32,000 nucleotides of DNA from an uncultured Nitrososphaerota archaeon (GTDB taxonomy: Archaea > Korarchaeota > Korarchaeia > Korarchaeales > Korarchaeaceae): assembly GCA_964480775.1 (NCBI GenBank), contig CAYZRF010000010.1, positions 32,945 to 64,944 of the forward strand. Direction: 5' to 3'. This document shows positions 8,265 to 17,273 of the stretch, in pieces. The notes beneath the pieces were generated by a model. The model was not told where the DNA came from. It worked only from the letters and a program-made list of their open reading frames with translations, and ran no database searches. Numbering within the stretch: the stretch's first letter is position 1; each line of letters starts with the position of its first letter. The translations under genes and the position numbers were made by a program.

Positions 8265-9308
8265 TTACTTCTTCCTCAAGAAGACGAGTGCTACTACGAC
8301 TATTATTACGATTACGGCTATTATTGCAATGAGCATAGTCATGCTGATTGCAGGCCCTTCGACAGTAGTTCCCCAGATGAATGCATTTATTATGAACGTC
8401 ATACCTTGTAATTTCTCTCCGTGATATTCTGGAGTCCCTATGAACCTGTCTCCTAGGAGCGATTCTCCAGTGACTATAACCTTACCCTTTGGCTTGAACA
8501 TACCCAAGCTTATTATCTCAGCCGCAGCCTCCACAAATTGGCCAGTTTCGCCAACGCTGTGTGCCTTTGGATCGACGCCATCGTGGCTTACAACGGTACC
8601 ATCTGGGCTAGATCTGTAGAGCCAAATGACGTTCGGGCCTTCTACTTCATTGAACGGTACAAATTTTCCATCTTTGAATCCTATTACAAATGTTGGACCA
8701 TGGAATAGAACAACTGGGGCGTTCTTCGTGATTTGGCCTGCTATGCCGGCCGTATTTGCCTCATGACTTTTAACCCTGTAAGCTGCTCCTATGTTAGTAG
8801 TTGGATCCTCTAAGGAGGCATATTCAAGCCTCAGACTTGAGCCTATAGCTGCTAATATTTTGTTTGGTTCATCTGCCTTGAAGGCTATGTCATCCGGATT
8901 CAGGTATGGTTCAGTGTAATCACTATCTGCTCCAACCCAAATGAATTTGCCACCCTCCAAAAACCAGTTCTTTATCGCTTGTATCTCAGCATCAGAGAAA
9001 ACGCTGTTATAATCATAAAGTTTCCCTATGATAAGGGCATCAACACCCTTAAGGGCATCCGGGGTTATCTCAGTGATTTCCTTTATCTGGAAACCAGCGG
9101 CAGTTAAGTTTCCTTCCAACCACCTTAAGTTTGTCTGACCCCATTCTGTGTCAAGATCTTTGACCCTTCCAGGAGTTATGTCAATGCCAACCACCTTTTG
9201 ACCCTGTGCACTTATACCGAATACGATGACTGGCGCTATTAACGCGGCAATTAGAAACAGAGCAATGCTTCTCTTCATTTTTATCACTTGGGATGATTTT
9301 GGGCCCAT
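8265..9308 (-). CDS. Surface-anchored protein of unknown function (possible DUF4350 / class-I glutamine amidotransferase-like fold)
   Basis: Signal peptide MKRSIALFLIAALIAPVIVFGISAQG; the start may be the second ATG at 9278. C-terminal TM anchor LIAIIAVIVIIVVVALVFLRKK. The segment ALIIGKLYDYNSVFSDAEIQAIKNWFLEGGKFIWVGADSD resembles GldG/DUF4350-type domains, but this fold call is weak. Confidence 0.55.
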   Translation of the reverse strand: MGPKSSQVIKMKRSIALFLIAALIAPVIVFGISAQGQKVVGIDITPGRVKDLDTEWGQTNLRWLEGNLTAAGFQIKEITEITPDALKGVDALIIGKLYDYNSVFSDAEIQAIKNWFLEGGKFIWVGADSDYTEPYLNPDDIAFKADEPNKILAAIGSSLRLEYASLEDPTTNIGAAYRVKSHEANTAGIAGQITKNAPVVLFHGPTFVIGFKDGKFVPFNEVEGPNVIWLYRSSPDGTVVSHDGVDPKAHSVGETGQFVEAAAEIISLGMFKPKGKVIVTGESLLGDRFIGTPEYHGEKLQGMTFIINAFIWGTTVEGPAISMTMLIAIIAVIVIIVVVALVFLRKK

Positions 9309-9313
9309 TATTA

Positions 9314-11110
9314 TTAAAATTTACGAGGTTGGAGACTCCTCGCGGTTTTTATAGAAGCTTTGGGGATAGATCCTCCTTTCTTGATACGTGACATTATAAT
9401 GATAGCAATGACCAAGACAAGCGATAGCATAGCAATTAATTTCAATGGAACAGAGACCTGTTTTGTTTTTCCTTCTTCGGCTATCTCTGACAATAGCTCA
9501 ATCTTTCCTTCCTTGGTTCTAATTCTACCGCCTATATCTTCAGCCTCTATTGAATAGCAAACTTCTGTGACATCCTTTGAAACTTGAAAACGTCCAGAAA
9601 ATAAGATTTCGTTAAGCCTAATTAGCTCTACATCGTTCCAGGTCTTATTGTCAACGCTATACCTGAATGTGACGTTCTTGACCCCTAGGACCTCGTCCTT
9701 AGCTGTGACGTTGATCCAGATCACATTGGCATTAGCCCCATAAACGATGTCTTTGGACATGTTGACATAGTATGGAGGCTCTTTATCTTCCTTTGCCCAA
9801 ATCTTAACTAGTTTTTCCTGGTGTGGATCGAGTTCAACTTGCAAAGCAACAAGATACTTCCCATCTCTAGTTCTGTTGACTTGGATTATTGTTCCTCCTT
9901 CAGTTTCAAGGGATCTTGCGTCAGCCATTTTTACCCTAAAGATTCCAGATATTTTTTTGGAAAGTCCGTTGTACAGATACGCAGAGAAACCCTTTGATTC
10001 GCCATTGTTTGTTTGGAAAACTAATATTTCGAACTCTTCAAGATATATGGGCTCATAGAGACTCTTTAACCACGTAATCTCCCCCGAAGGAGTTATTTCG
10101 AAAATTCTAAAACCAGGCAGCGCTCTTCCAACTCCGCGTCCGTATGAATTTGGATTTGTTATCAACAACAGGGGATCTTCAAACACATAGCTTTCATGCA
10201 TGTGGCCTGAGAGAACCATTGTGACATTATACTTGAGTAGAATCTCCATGATCTCCCTTACGCTAACCTCCGTCGTGTTCCATATCGTGAAAAGCGGATG
10301 GTGAATTAGCAGGATCTTGACGGGTTTCTCTATCGTTGATTCTAGATCTTTGATAAGCCATTCCTTCTGGTCCTTAGTTATATTCCCACTTAAGGAACCT
10401 GGGCCCGTGTCCAAGCAAATGATGTGAACAGGCCCCACATCTAAACTAGCATTTGAAGGACCAAGATATTTGGTGAAGAAGTCTCCTTTTAGACTATGAT
10501 CGTGATTTCCAGGTATTAAGACTATTGGAAATTGAAGGTTCATTAATTCATGATAAGCACTGATAAATAGACCTTCTGGAGGGTTATTGCAAACATCTCC
10601 TGTAATTATCGCAAAATCAGGAGAGAAGAAGTTTATGGCCCAAATGTGCCTTCTGAACCTTGCTGCAAGATGAAGTTGGCCCTTACTGTTGTCATAATGA
10701 GTATCAGATACCCAAAACACCGTTAATGGTTGATTCCAACTTTCTTTAACGGAAACACAATTTGGCTCCCTAAATACGCCTTTCTCGCTCTCGATTATGA
10801 GAGAATATAGGCCTGGATCAATATTCCCAGCATGAATTGCTAGATATGTTAGGTTTTCAGAGATGTTATATGAAGTCTCTTCTACAGCTAGTTCGTAAGA
10901 TCTTAAGTCGTTTTCAAGGAGAGGTCTTATTTCCTCAATCCTTCCAACCAGCAAAACTTCAAAAGTGCTATTTGGTTCTATAAAGGCCGGAAAACCTATT
11001 CTTGGTAGAAGGATTCCATTCACCGGCCGAACTTTTTTGTTTATCCCTGTCGATCCGAGAGGAGAAATTAGAAGAAGAAAAAAGAGGAGGAAGAGGCATC
11101 TTTTTCGCAT
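9314..11110 (-). CDS. Secreted, C-terminally anchored calcineurin-like metallophosphoesterase (paralog 2)
   Basis: All five MPE motifs are intact: VSDTHYD, TGDVCNN, PGNHDH, LIHHPL and SGHMHES. It has a signal peptide, an N-terminal beta domain with PRIGFPAF, a C-terminal Ig/Fn3-like domain (VKNVTFRYSVDNKTWNDV) and a TM anchor. The ATG lies 2 nt after the upstream stop, and GAGGAGGT sits within the end of the upstream gene. Confidence 0.85.
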   Translation of the reverse strand: MRKRCLFLLFFLLLISPLGSTGINKKVRPVNGILLPRIGFPAFIEPNSTFEVLLVGRIEEIRPLLENDLRSYELAVEETSYNISENLTYLAIHAGNIDPGLYSLIIESEKGVFREPNCVSVKESWNQPLTVFWVSDTHYDNSKGQLHLAARFRRHIWAINFFSPDFAIITGDVCNNPPEGLFISAYHELMNLQFPIVLIPGNHDHSLKGDFFTKYLGPSNASLDVGPVHIICLDTGPGSLSGNITKDQKEWLIKDLESTIEKPVKILLIHHPLFTIWNTTEVSVREIMEILLKYNVTMVLSGHMHESYVFEDPLLLITNPNSYGRGVGRALPGFRIFEITPSGEITWLKSLYEPIYLEEFEILVFQTNNGESKGFSAYLYNGLSKKISGIFRVKMADARSLETEGGTIIQVNRTRDGKYLVALQVELDPHQEKLVKIWAKEDKEPPYYVNMSKDIVYGANANVIWINVTAKDEVLGVKNVTFRYSVDNKTWNDVELIRLNEILFSGRFQVSKDVTEVCYSIEAEDIGGRIRTKEGKIELLSEIAEEGKTKQVSVPLKLIAMLSLVLVIAIIIMSRIKKGGSIPKASIKTARSLQPRKF

Positions 11111-11112
11111 CC

Positions 11113-12957
11113 TTACCTCCTCTTAAGTAAGACAGCGGCTACAACGATTATAATCCCAACCAAGGCTATGCCTATGTAGGATATTGGCACGCCAGCCCCG
11201 GGAGGTTTTGTCGGCGTTGGTGTAGGAATGGGAGTCTCGGTAGGCTTTAAGGAAGGAACTTCAACGGTTCCATAGAACTCAGCTTTGTTTCCAGCCACGT
11301 CTTCAGCTAATATCTTGAAGTACATGGTCTCAGCCTTTGCTTGGAACTTGTACAGCGGATATCCTGCTTCGAACTCTGGACTTATCTCTGTCCACGTCTT
11401 GTTATCAACAGAGTAATACAGTTTGACATCTTTAACTCCAAATCCTTCGTCAAAGGCTTCATACCACAGAGTTATCGTCTCTTCCTTAACCTCTGGCTCG
11501 ACAGTTACGCTGGGAGCGGTCGTATCCTCCTCAACATATATTTTTACTAGTAGTTCCTCTCCTGGAGATACTGAAACCCCTAGTTCGTAGATTCCTTTGC
11601 CTTTGTGACTATAAGAACGTAAGATATCGGCGTTTTCAATAGTGGGGCTCTCTTGGTACTTCGCTAAGATTACTGGAAGGATCAGGCTTACTTCGCTGGT
11701 TCCTTTATTCGTAACGATAACTGAAACTCCCGTCGTTGACCCATCGTACCTCTGCAAATACTTTACAGATAAGGTTGCTATAGACGGCGCGGGATTCACA
11801 AATTCAACATTTCCATCAGCCCATATCGTCATTGGCCTGTAGTGGCCGTAGTCATCTGCGTCATCATACTGACCTGCGTTGCTTACTATGCTTAGAGTTG
11901 GTACCTTAGGAGGTCTGGTTATGTTATCGACGTGCCAGTGGCCCATTAGCACGAGACTAAATCCGTAGTTACTTAGCCAGTTAGTTATGTTTGGAACCAC
12001 GCTTACAAAGCCCCTGTCTTTGTGGAAGTATCCCAGCTCTTCACTATGATATGGATAGTGTATCATCAAGACTTTAACAGGTATATCTTTGTATAGTTCT
12101 ATCCTCTCTTCAAGCCAAGAAATCTGTTCAGGCTGAACTCTGCCTGTGTCGGCATCAAATAGAAAGAAGCTGTAGCTTCCAAACCTAACAACCCCATAAA
12201 GAGGGCCAAAGTACTTCTCCCAGAAATAAGATCCTTTCTCTATAGCAGTATTATCGTTGTTTCCTTGGATTGCTATTAACGGAACCCTTAACCTTACTAA
12301 GTCTCGGTAAACGCTCTCAAATGGATCCTCTTCGTCTGCTTTGGCTATTCCATCTATCAGATCTCCTGTATGGATCATTATATCTGGTCTAAGGCCGTTT
12401 ACTAATGAGATAAGTTGCCTGAACAATTCTTGATTTTTCAACAATTTAGCCTTTTTCCTAACACCGTAGTGGTTGTCAGTTATGTGGATTACATTCAACT
12501 TTTCAGGGTATTTTGACCCAAAGACATATACTGCGTTTGGTTCTGTTAGTTCAGTAGTTCCACTCCTAACAGTTAGATTAAAAAGGCCTTCTGGGACTCC
12601 TTCTGATACTTTTGCGGTTATTTTCAGTAGCCCACCGCCAATGTCCTCTGTGCCCAATACTTCTAAGGCGTATTCATAACCCTCTGTGAAGAGAGATTTA
12701 AGATATATGCTGGGTTCTGATCCTACGAGGTCCTTTTTTACGTATACATCGAACTCTTCATTATAGATTACAAATGCCGGAGTCCCTATTCGAGGATAAA
12801 AGATGCCGTTTAGAGGATCTGTATGATAATCTGGAAATGGTAGAACTGGATCTGGTTTCGCTTCCACCCCATTTACTGATAAGGGGATAGAAACAGCTAA
12901 TAGAATTGAAATTACGGAAAGTAGGGCGATTATCTTTGAAAATTGAACCTTGATCAT
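11113..12957 (-). CDS. Secreted, C-terminally anchored calcineurin-like metallophosphoesterase (paralog 1, motif III variant GNND)
   Basis: Motifs ITDNHYG, TGDLIDG, QGNNDN (12253-12264), MIHYPY and MGHWHVD. Same architecture as paralog 2 (PRIGTPAF, VKDVKLYYSVDNKTWTEI), with a P/T linker PTETPIPTPTPTKPP and a TM anchor. Confidence 0.85.
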   Translation of the reverse strand: MIKVQFSKIIALLSVISILLAVSIPLSVNGVEAKPDPVLPFPDYHTDPLNGIFYPRIGTPAFVIYNEEFDVYVKKDLVGSEPSIYLKSLFTEGYEYALEVLGTEDIGGGLLKITAKVSEGVPEGLFNLTVRSGTTELTEPNAVYVFGSKYPEKLNVIHITDNHYGVRKKAKLLKNQELFRQLISLVNGLRPDIMIHTGDLIDGIAKADEEDPFESVYRDLVRLRVPLIAIQGNNDNTAIEKGSYFWEKYFGPLYGVVRFGSYSFFLFDADTGRVQPEQISWLEERIELYKDIPVKVLMIHYPYHSEELGYFHKDRGFVSVVPNITNWLSNYGFSLVLMGHWHVDNITRPPKVPTLSIVSNAGQYDDADDYGHYRPMTIWADGNVEFVNPAPSIATLSVKYLQRYDGSTTGVSVIVTNKGTSEVSLILPVILAKYQESPTIENADILRSYSHKGKGIYELGVSVSPGEELLVKIYVEEDTTAPSVTVEPEVKEETITLWYEAFDEGFGVKDVKLYYSVDNKTWTEISPEFEAGYPLYKFQAKAETMYFKILAEDVAGNKAEFYGTVEVPSLKPTETPIPTPTPTKPPGAGVPISYIGIALVGIIIVVAAVLLKRR

Positions 12958-12990
12958 AAGATAACCCTAGAAATGTCGGGTCTGTTTCCT

Positions 12991-13000
12991 TAATATTTAT
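12991..13000 (-). promoter_or_regulatory. TATA box (ATAAATATTA on the minus strand) for the metallophosphoesterase unit
   Basis: It lies 34-43 nt upstream of the ATG at 12957, in the 49-nt gap after the NAPRTase stop. Confidence 0.45.
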
Positions 13001-13006
13001 GGATTG

Positions 13007-14218
13007 TCAAGATTTTAGTAGCCCCAGCTTTCTCAATTGTGAGAGAGTTCTCTCTCTCAGCTTTGAGACGGGCTCAAAGTCAACTAGAACCTTCCCTTTC
13101 TCAAGCATCTTAACATATGCGGGCTTCGTCTCTACTCCGCACTTTTTACAAATGGGGGTTTGAGAGTCTCTAGGAGCAACTACATAGGTCAAGCATTCAG
13201 GACATCTGTAAAGGTCCTTACTCCCTGAACATATTCCTCTTTTGGCTATTGGTTTACCTTCGACTTCTACGACATCCATCCCAAAATCTATGGGTTTAGC
13301 CCCTGTTATCCTTGTTCCGACTCCAAATGCGTCAGCTCCACCCTTTGCATATCTCGCGACGCTATACTCGTCTAAACCACCAGAAAGGAATATTTTGACG
13401 TTTTTATAACCCCTTAGATCAAGCTCCCATCTTACTTCTCTTATTATCTCCTCCATATCTCCTCTCCTTGATTTGGGGGTATCTAACCTGACTCCAGCCA
13501 GCTTATCCTTCAGAGCCTCAGCAGCCATCAAAGACTCGGCTTTTTCGTCGAAGAAGGTATCTACTAGGGCTATCCTAGGGACTTCCTCTGGCATAGCTTT
13601 GTCAAACGCTTTCCAAGCCTTAACTTGGTCTCCAGTTATTACCATTAAAGCGTGTGGCATTGTTCCTACTGGCTTGAATCCTAGCTCTTCAACCAAGATT
13701 CCTGAGGAACCATCACACCCCCCAATAAGGCTGGCTCGTTCTATAGCTAAGGAGATTGCTGGATGATTCCTTCTTATACCAAAGTTGATGACTGGCTTTC
13801 CCTCTGCTGCTATCTTGACGTGTGCAGCTGCACTAGCCACTCCAGAAAGAGAACAAAGAAATCCTAACAAGCTGGTCTCTAATGCCCCAAATTCCTCATA
13901 AGGACCTTCAATTCTCATAATAGGGATTTTTGGATGAAAAAGGCTGCCATCAGGAAGGGAATATAGGTCAACCTTTTTTCCCTCCATTAGTTTAACTACT
14001 TCCTCAACCCCAGCCAGCACCCCCCACTTCCAAGGCTCGTGAGGTGGTATTCTGGACTTAGGAAGAGATCTTGCCGCAATTTCTGCCACCACGACCTTCT
14101 TGCCCACCCCAAGTTTTCTCATTGTTTCTAAGGTTCTGAGAAAATATATGTCAACTACCTTTCCTTCTTTTATCTCGTCCTCCGTGACCACGTAGAACTT
14201 GCGCTTCAAGGCTATCAA
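13007..14218 (-). CDS. pncB: Nicotinate phosphoribosyltransferase, archaeal type with a C-terminal zinc-knuckle domain
   Basis: Type II PRTase motifs are present: DIYFLRT, VGTMPHAL, GVRLDTPKSRRG and DAFGVGT. The C-terminal CPEC...CKKCG four-Cys module matches the known archaeal NAPRTase architecture. TTG start. Confidence 0.8.
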   Translation of the reverse strand: MIALKRKFYVVTEDEIKEGKVVDIYFLRTLETMRKLGVGKKVVVAEIAARSLPKSRIPPHEPWKWGVLAGVEEVVKLMEGKKVDLYSLPDGSLFHPKIPIMRIEGPYEEFGALETSLLGFLCSLSGVASAAAHVKIAAEGKPVINFGIRRNHPAISLAIERASLIGGCDGSSGILVEELGFKPVGTMPHALMVITGDQVKAWKAFDKAMPEEVPRIALVDTFFDEKAESLMAAEALKDKLAGVRLDTPKSRRGDMEEIIREVRWELDLRGYKNVKIFLSGGLDEYSVARYAKGGADAFGVGTRITGAKPIDFGMDVVEVEGKPIAKRGICSGSKDLYRCPECLTYVVAPRDSQTPICKKCGVETKPAYVKMLEKGKVLVDFEPVSKLRERTLSQLRKLGLLKS

Positions 14219-14283
14219 GAAGCCTTCCTGAAGTTAGTTAAAAAGAATGATAGTCTATTTTCTGTCAGGAAAAATGATTTGTC

Positions 14284-14916
14284 TTATGCTTGCTTCAACA
14301 GAATTGACAAAAAGGTCGCTATGATGCCTGCTATGAGCATCTTTATACCGTATATCGACCGTTGCTTCAAATTACCTGCACCTATCATATATCCAAGAGC
14401 GAATAAGGTTGTAAAGATTATTATGAAAGAAGAAATTGCAGCATACTCAACTGGATATGGTCTCTTCAAGCATATTAGAAACGGTGAAATTCCTATTAGG
14501 GCAATAACCACTGGAGCCAATCCATCCACCAAAGCTGTAAAGGAAGAAACAAATTTGCTGGCTTTTGCCAACAACGTATCCTGAAGATCAACAAGCACGG
14601 CCGATTCAAGCTCTTCTAGTCTCTTCTGCCTTTCTGCGGATTCTATAAGATAGACAGCGAAGATACCAGAGGTTCCTAGGGCTATTCCCGTGCTAATTGT
14701 TATTCCTACGATGAGCGAAGGGTCAAGACTTCCCGTGACGTATGCACCTATGAGAATGCCCAATGTTGTCATGGCTCCGTCGAAAGCGTTTGCTCCAAAG
14801 TACCTTCGAATTATGCCTTCAGCCCTCCACATCTCTACATAACTACGGAACCTGTCTAACGTACTAGCAATCCGATGAGCTATCTCCCTCAAACGGGAGA
14901 TCAGGGGCATCTGCAT
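14284..14916 (-). CDS. VIT1/CCC1-family (Fe/Mn transporter-like) membrane protein
   Basis: YFGANAFDGAMTTLGILIGA matches the family G-A-N-D-G-x-x-(S/T) helix motif. The layout is a cytoplasmic helical insert (ERQKRLEELE) between hydrophobic helices. Confidence 0.55.
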   Translation of the reverse strand: MQMPLISRLREIAHRIASTLDRFRSYVEMWRAEGIIRRYFGANAFDGAMTTLGILIGAYVTGSLDPSLIVGITISTGIALGTSGIFAVYLIESAERQKRLEELESAVLVDLQDTLLAKASKFVSSFTALVDGLAPVVIALIGISPFLICLKRPYPVEYAAISSFIIIFTTLFALGYMIGAGNLKQRSIYGIKMLIAGIIATFLSILLKQA

Positions 14917-14998
14917 GTATGGACCGCTCCTTCCTGAGAAAGGGTTGTTGAACTAATTTATTTATCTTTATTGGTTTAATGAAAATAGACACTATAAG

Positions 14999-15349
14999 AT
15001 GATGGAACTCGTTATAGAAGAATACACGTTTGGTAGGATAAGGATAGGAGGTAGAGAATACACAAAAGACATTATAATACATAAAGGGAAGATCTACGAT
15101 AACTGGTGGAGAAAAGAGGGCCATAACTTAGTTCCTGAAGATTTAAAGATAATATTAAGAGAACCTCCAGCCATCTTAATCATTGGTACGGGACATTCTG
15201 GTCTAATGAAGGTTCCTAAGGAGACAATTAAGTTCCTAGAGGAAAGAGGAATAAAAACGATCGTGAAGAAGACGGCTGACGCCTGTAATACCTTTAATGA
15301 ACTGGTGGGAAAGCAAGTCGTTTCTGCAGCCTTTCATCTCACGTGTTAA
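14999..15349 (+). CDS. Mth938-domain (DUF498) protein
   Basis: 116 aa. The pattern FGRIRIGGREYTKDIIIH...WW...HNL...DL....PPAILIIGTGHSG...P is typical of the Mth938/NDUFAF3-like family. Confidence 0.65.
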   Translation: MMELVIEEYTFGRIRIGGREYTKDIIIHKGKIYDNWWRKEGHNLVPEDLKIILREPPAILIIGTGHSGLMKVPKETIKFLEERGIKTIVKKTADACNTFNELVGKQVVSAAFHLTC

Positions 15350-17204
15350 AATCTGAATCGAGAGCCTCTCCAAGTTTGAAGTAGCTAACTACTTTAGCCG
15401 TTTGCCTTATGAAATCTGGGAGTAATCTCACGAGTTCTGGTCTTAAAAACCTCTCATCACCTAAAACAAATGTTCCGTAGTCTTCAGAGGATCTTATCAC
15501 CCTACCAAGGGCTTGCGAGGCCATTCTCATTGCAGGTACAATGTACGCGTAGTATATTCCTTTCTTTTTCCCATAGATCTTCTGGTTATACTCCACATCA
15601 AGTTTCGTTCTCAAGGTTAGTCTTGCGAAAGGTACTCCAACTACGAAGGCTCCAACTAATTCCTCACCTGGAAAGTCGGCTCCTTCGGCAAATCGTCCTC
15701 TCACTGGTGCAACTAAGACTCCATTACCTCTAGCTTTCTTAAAGCTCAATAGTAAGTTTCTTGCTTCTTCTCCTTTCATTCCTTCTTTTTCTACAAAAAG
15801 ATCTCTCTCACAATCTATTGCACAGTCCAGTATGTCTGGCATCAGGTCATTCTGGATCCTATAGCTTGCAGTAAATATCGCCACATTCCCTTTTATCTTT
15901 TCTAAAAATGCTCTTATAGCCGCAGCATACTTCTTTATCGTACCTTCGTCAAGGACCTCTCCCTTAGTTGATAATCCGCTTAGGATAAAGCTTCTTATCC
16001 TATTAAGGTCTGCGGGAGATGGAAAAACCTTTCCTATACAGTTTGGGATGCCAGACATCTCAGCAAAAGCTTCTATAGGTTTTAAGGTTCCAGACATGAA
16101 AATGCAGTTCCTGAACTCTCCCCAAACTTCTGATAGAAGTTCTGCGCTCCTCATGTCCCAGACCTCAAGATAAAGCCTATTTTTCTCCCTAGAAGCTATG
16201 TATGCAATGCCATTAGTTCCCAACCTGTCCAATGCAAGCGTAAAGAACCTTGCAAGGTGGTGAAGAGATGATCTAGGTGCCTTGCCTTGCTCGACTCTGT
16301 TTGCTTGAATCTTTGAGCCTAAACTTAACATGACTTTCAGGTGCCTTGCCCTAATCCCTGAATCTCTCATTATATCTAAAGGATAGAACGCGCTTTCTTC
16401 CTCCGCTGCCATGGATAATCCGTCGAGAACCTTAGATAACCTTTCAAGAGCTTCTCTTACTTCTTTTGGGGCAAACCTTCCGAATTCTTCAACCTCTCTT
16501 ATAGCTCTCCTTACGGTTTCGGTGCTAATCTTATCAGAGTGTAGGTTTCTTACTGCATCAGTGAGATTGTGGGCTTCATCCACCACTAGGGTCGAGAAGG
16601 TGAAAGGAAATCTCCTTCTTACAACCCATCCCGATGGGCTTAGAACGTAATTATAGCTTAAACTCACTACTTTAGCATACTTAAGTAGTTCAAGCTGCAG
16701 AAAGTATGGACACATGTTTTCTATCGCTGCGAGATCCAATATATCGGTGAAAAGAAGTGGACCTCCCTCAAGCATATCTTCCCTTGCCTTGGTCCTTTTG
16801 TAGAAGAGACATTCCTGTTTTTTCAGTTTGCAAAAATTAGAAACAGCCTCATATCCTTTAATGCCTAATTTTTTAGCTTGAAGGCACATGTCTGCCTTTC
16901 CTCTGAAAGAAAGACCGAATATCCTCTCATTTACATGTTCACAGATTACCCTCAGTTCTTCTATCGGTCTGTCAGTTTCATTTCCCGTCCTAACTGCCCA
17001 AATTATTCCTCCTCTTTTTTCATCTCTGAGATAGAGAGGCAATAAAGCAGCAAGTACGGCAGGAGTCTTTCCAAAGCCAGTTGGAGCATGAATGCAGACA
17101 TTTCTGCCCCTTTCTGTAGCCTCCTGTATAAGTGCTATTAGTTCTTCTTGTCCTTCTCTTGCCTTATAGGGAAAATACTTCATTGATGTCAATGTGTCCA
17201 TCAC
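15339..17204 (-). CDS. xpd: XPD/Rad3-family 5'-3' DNA helicase with a 4Fe-4S domain
   Basis: Walker A APTGFGKT and the DEAH box VVDEAHNL. Four Cys lie in the FeS insert (DMCLQ...NFCKLKKQECLF...NMCPYF). C-terminal helicase motifs are VAPVRGRFAEGADF and QALGRVIRS. The likely ATG is at 17201, with a GTG at 17204. Confidence 0.9.
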   Translation of the reverse strand: MMDTLTSMKYFPYKAREGQEELIALIQEATERGRNVCIHAPTGFGKTPAVLAALLPLYLRDEKRGGIIWAVRTGNETDRPIEELRVICEHVNERIFGLSFRGKADMCLQAKKLGIKGYEAVSNFCKLKKQECLFYKRTKAREDMLEGGPLLFTDILDLAAIENMCPYFLQLELLKYAKVVSLSYNYVLSPSGWVVRRRFPFTFSTLVVDEAHNLTDAVRNLHSDKISTETVRRAIREVEEFGRFAPKEVREALERLSKVLDGLSMAAEEESAFYPLDIMRDSGIRARHLKVMLSLGSKIQANRVEQGKAPRSSLHHLARFFTLALDRLGTNGIAYIASREKNRLYLEVWDMRSAELLSEVWGEFRNCIFMSGTLKPIEAFAEMSGIPNCIGKVFPSPADLNRIRSFILSGLSTKGEVLDEGTIKKYAAAIRAFLEKIKGNVAIFTASYRIQNDLMPDILDCAIDCERDLFVEKEGMKGEEARNLLLSFKKARGNGVLVAPVRGRFAEGADFPGEELVGAFVVGVPFARLTLRTKLDVEYNQKIYGKKKGIYYAYIVPAMRMASQALGRVIRSSEDYGTFVLGDERFLRPELVRLLPDFIRQTAKVVSYFKLGEALDSDFNT

Positions 17205-17273
17205 TATAACAACTCTTGAATATCAACCTTTTCTTAAGAGGTGATCTAAACGCCAACTATTTTCGACAGATTA

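Noticed and set aside
14279-15124. ORFs 14279-14584 (+) and 14864-15124 (-)
   Set aside because: The first is antisense to the VIT1-like gene. The second spans the divergent intergenic promoter region and overlaps the Mth938 gene start, with no family features.
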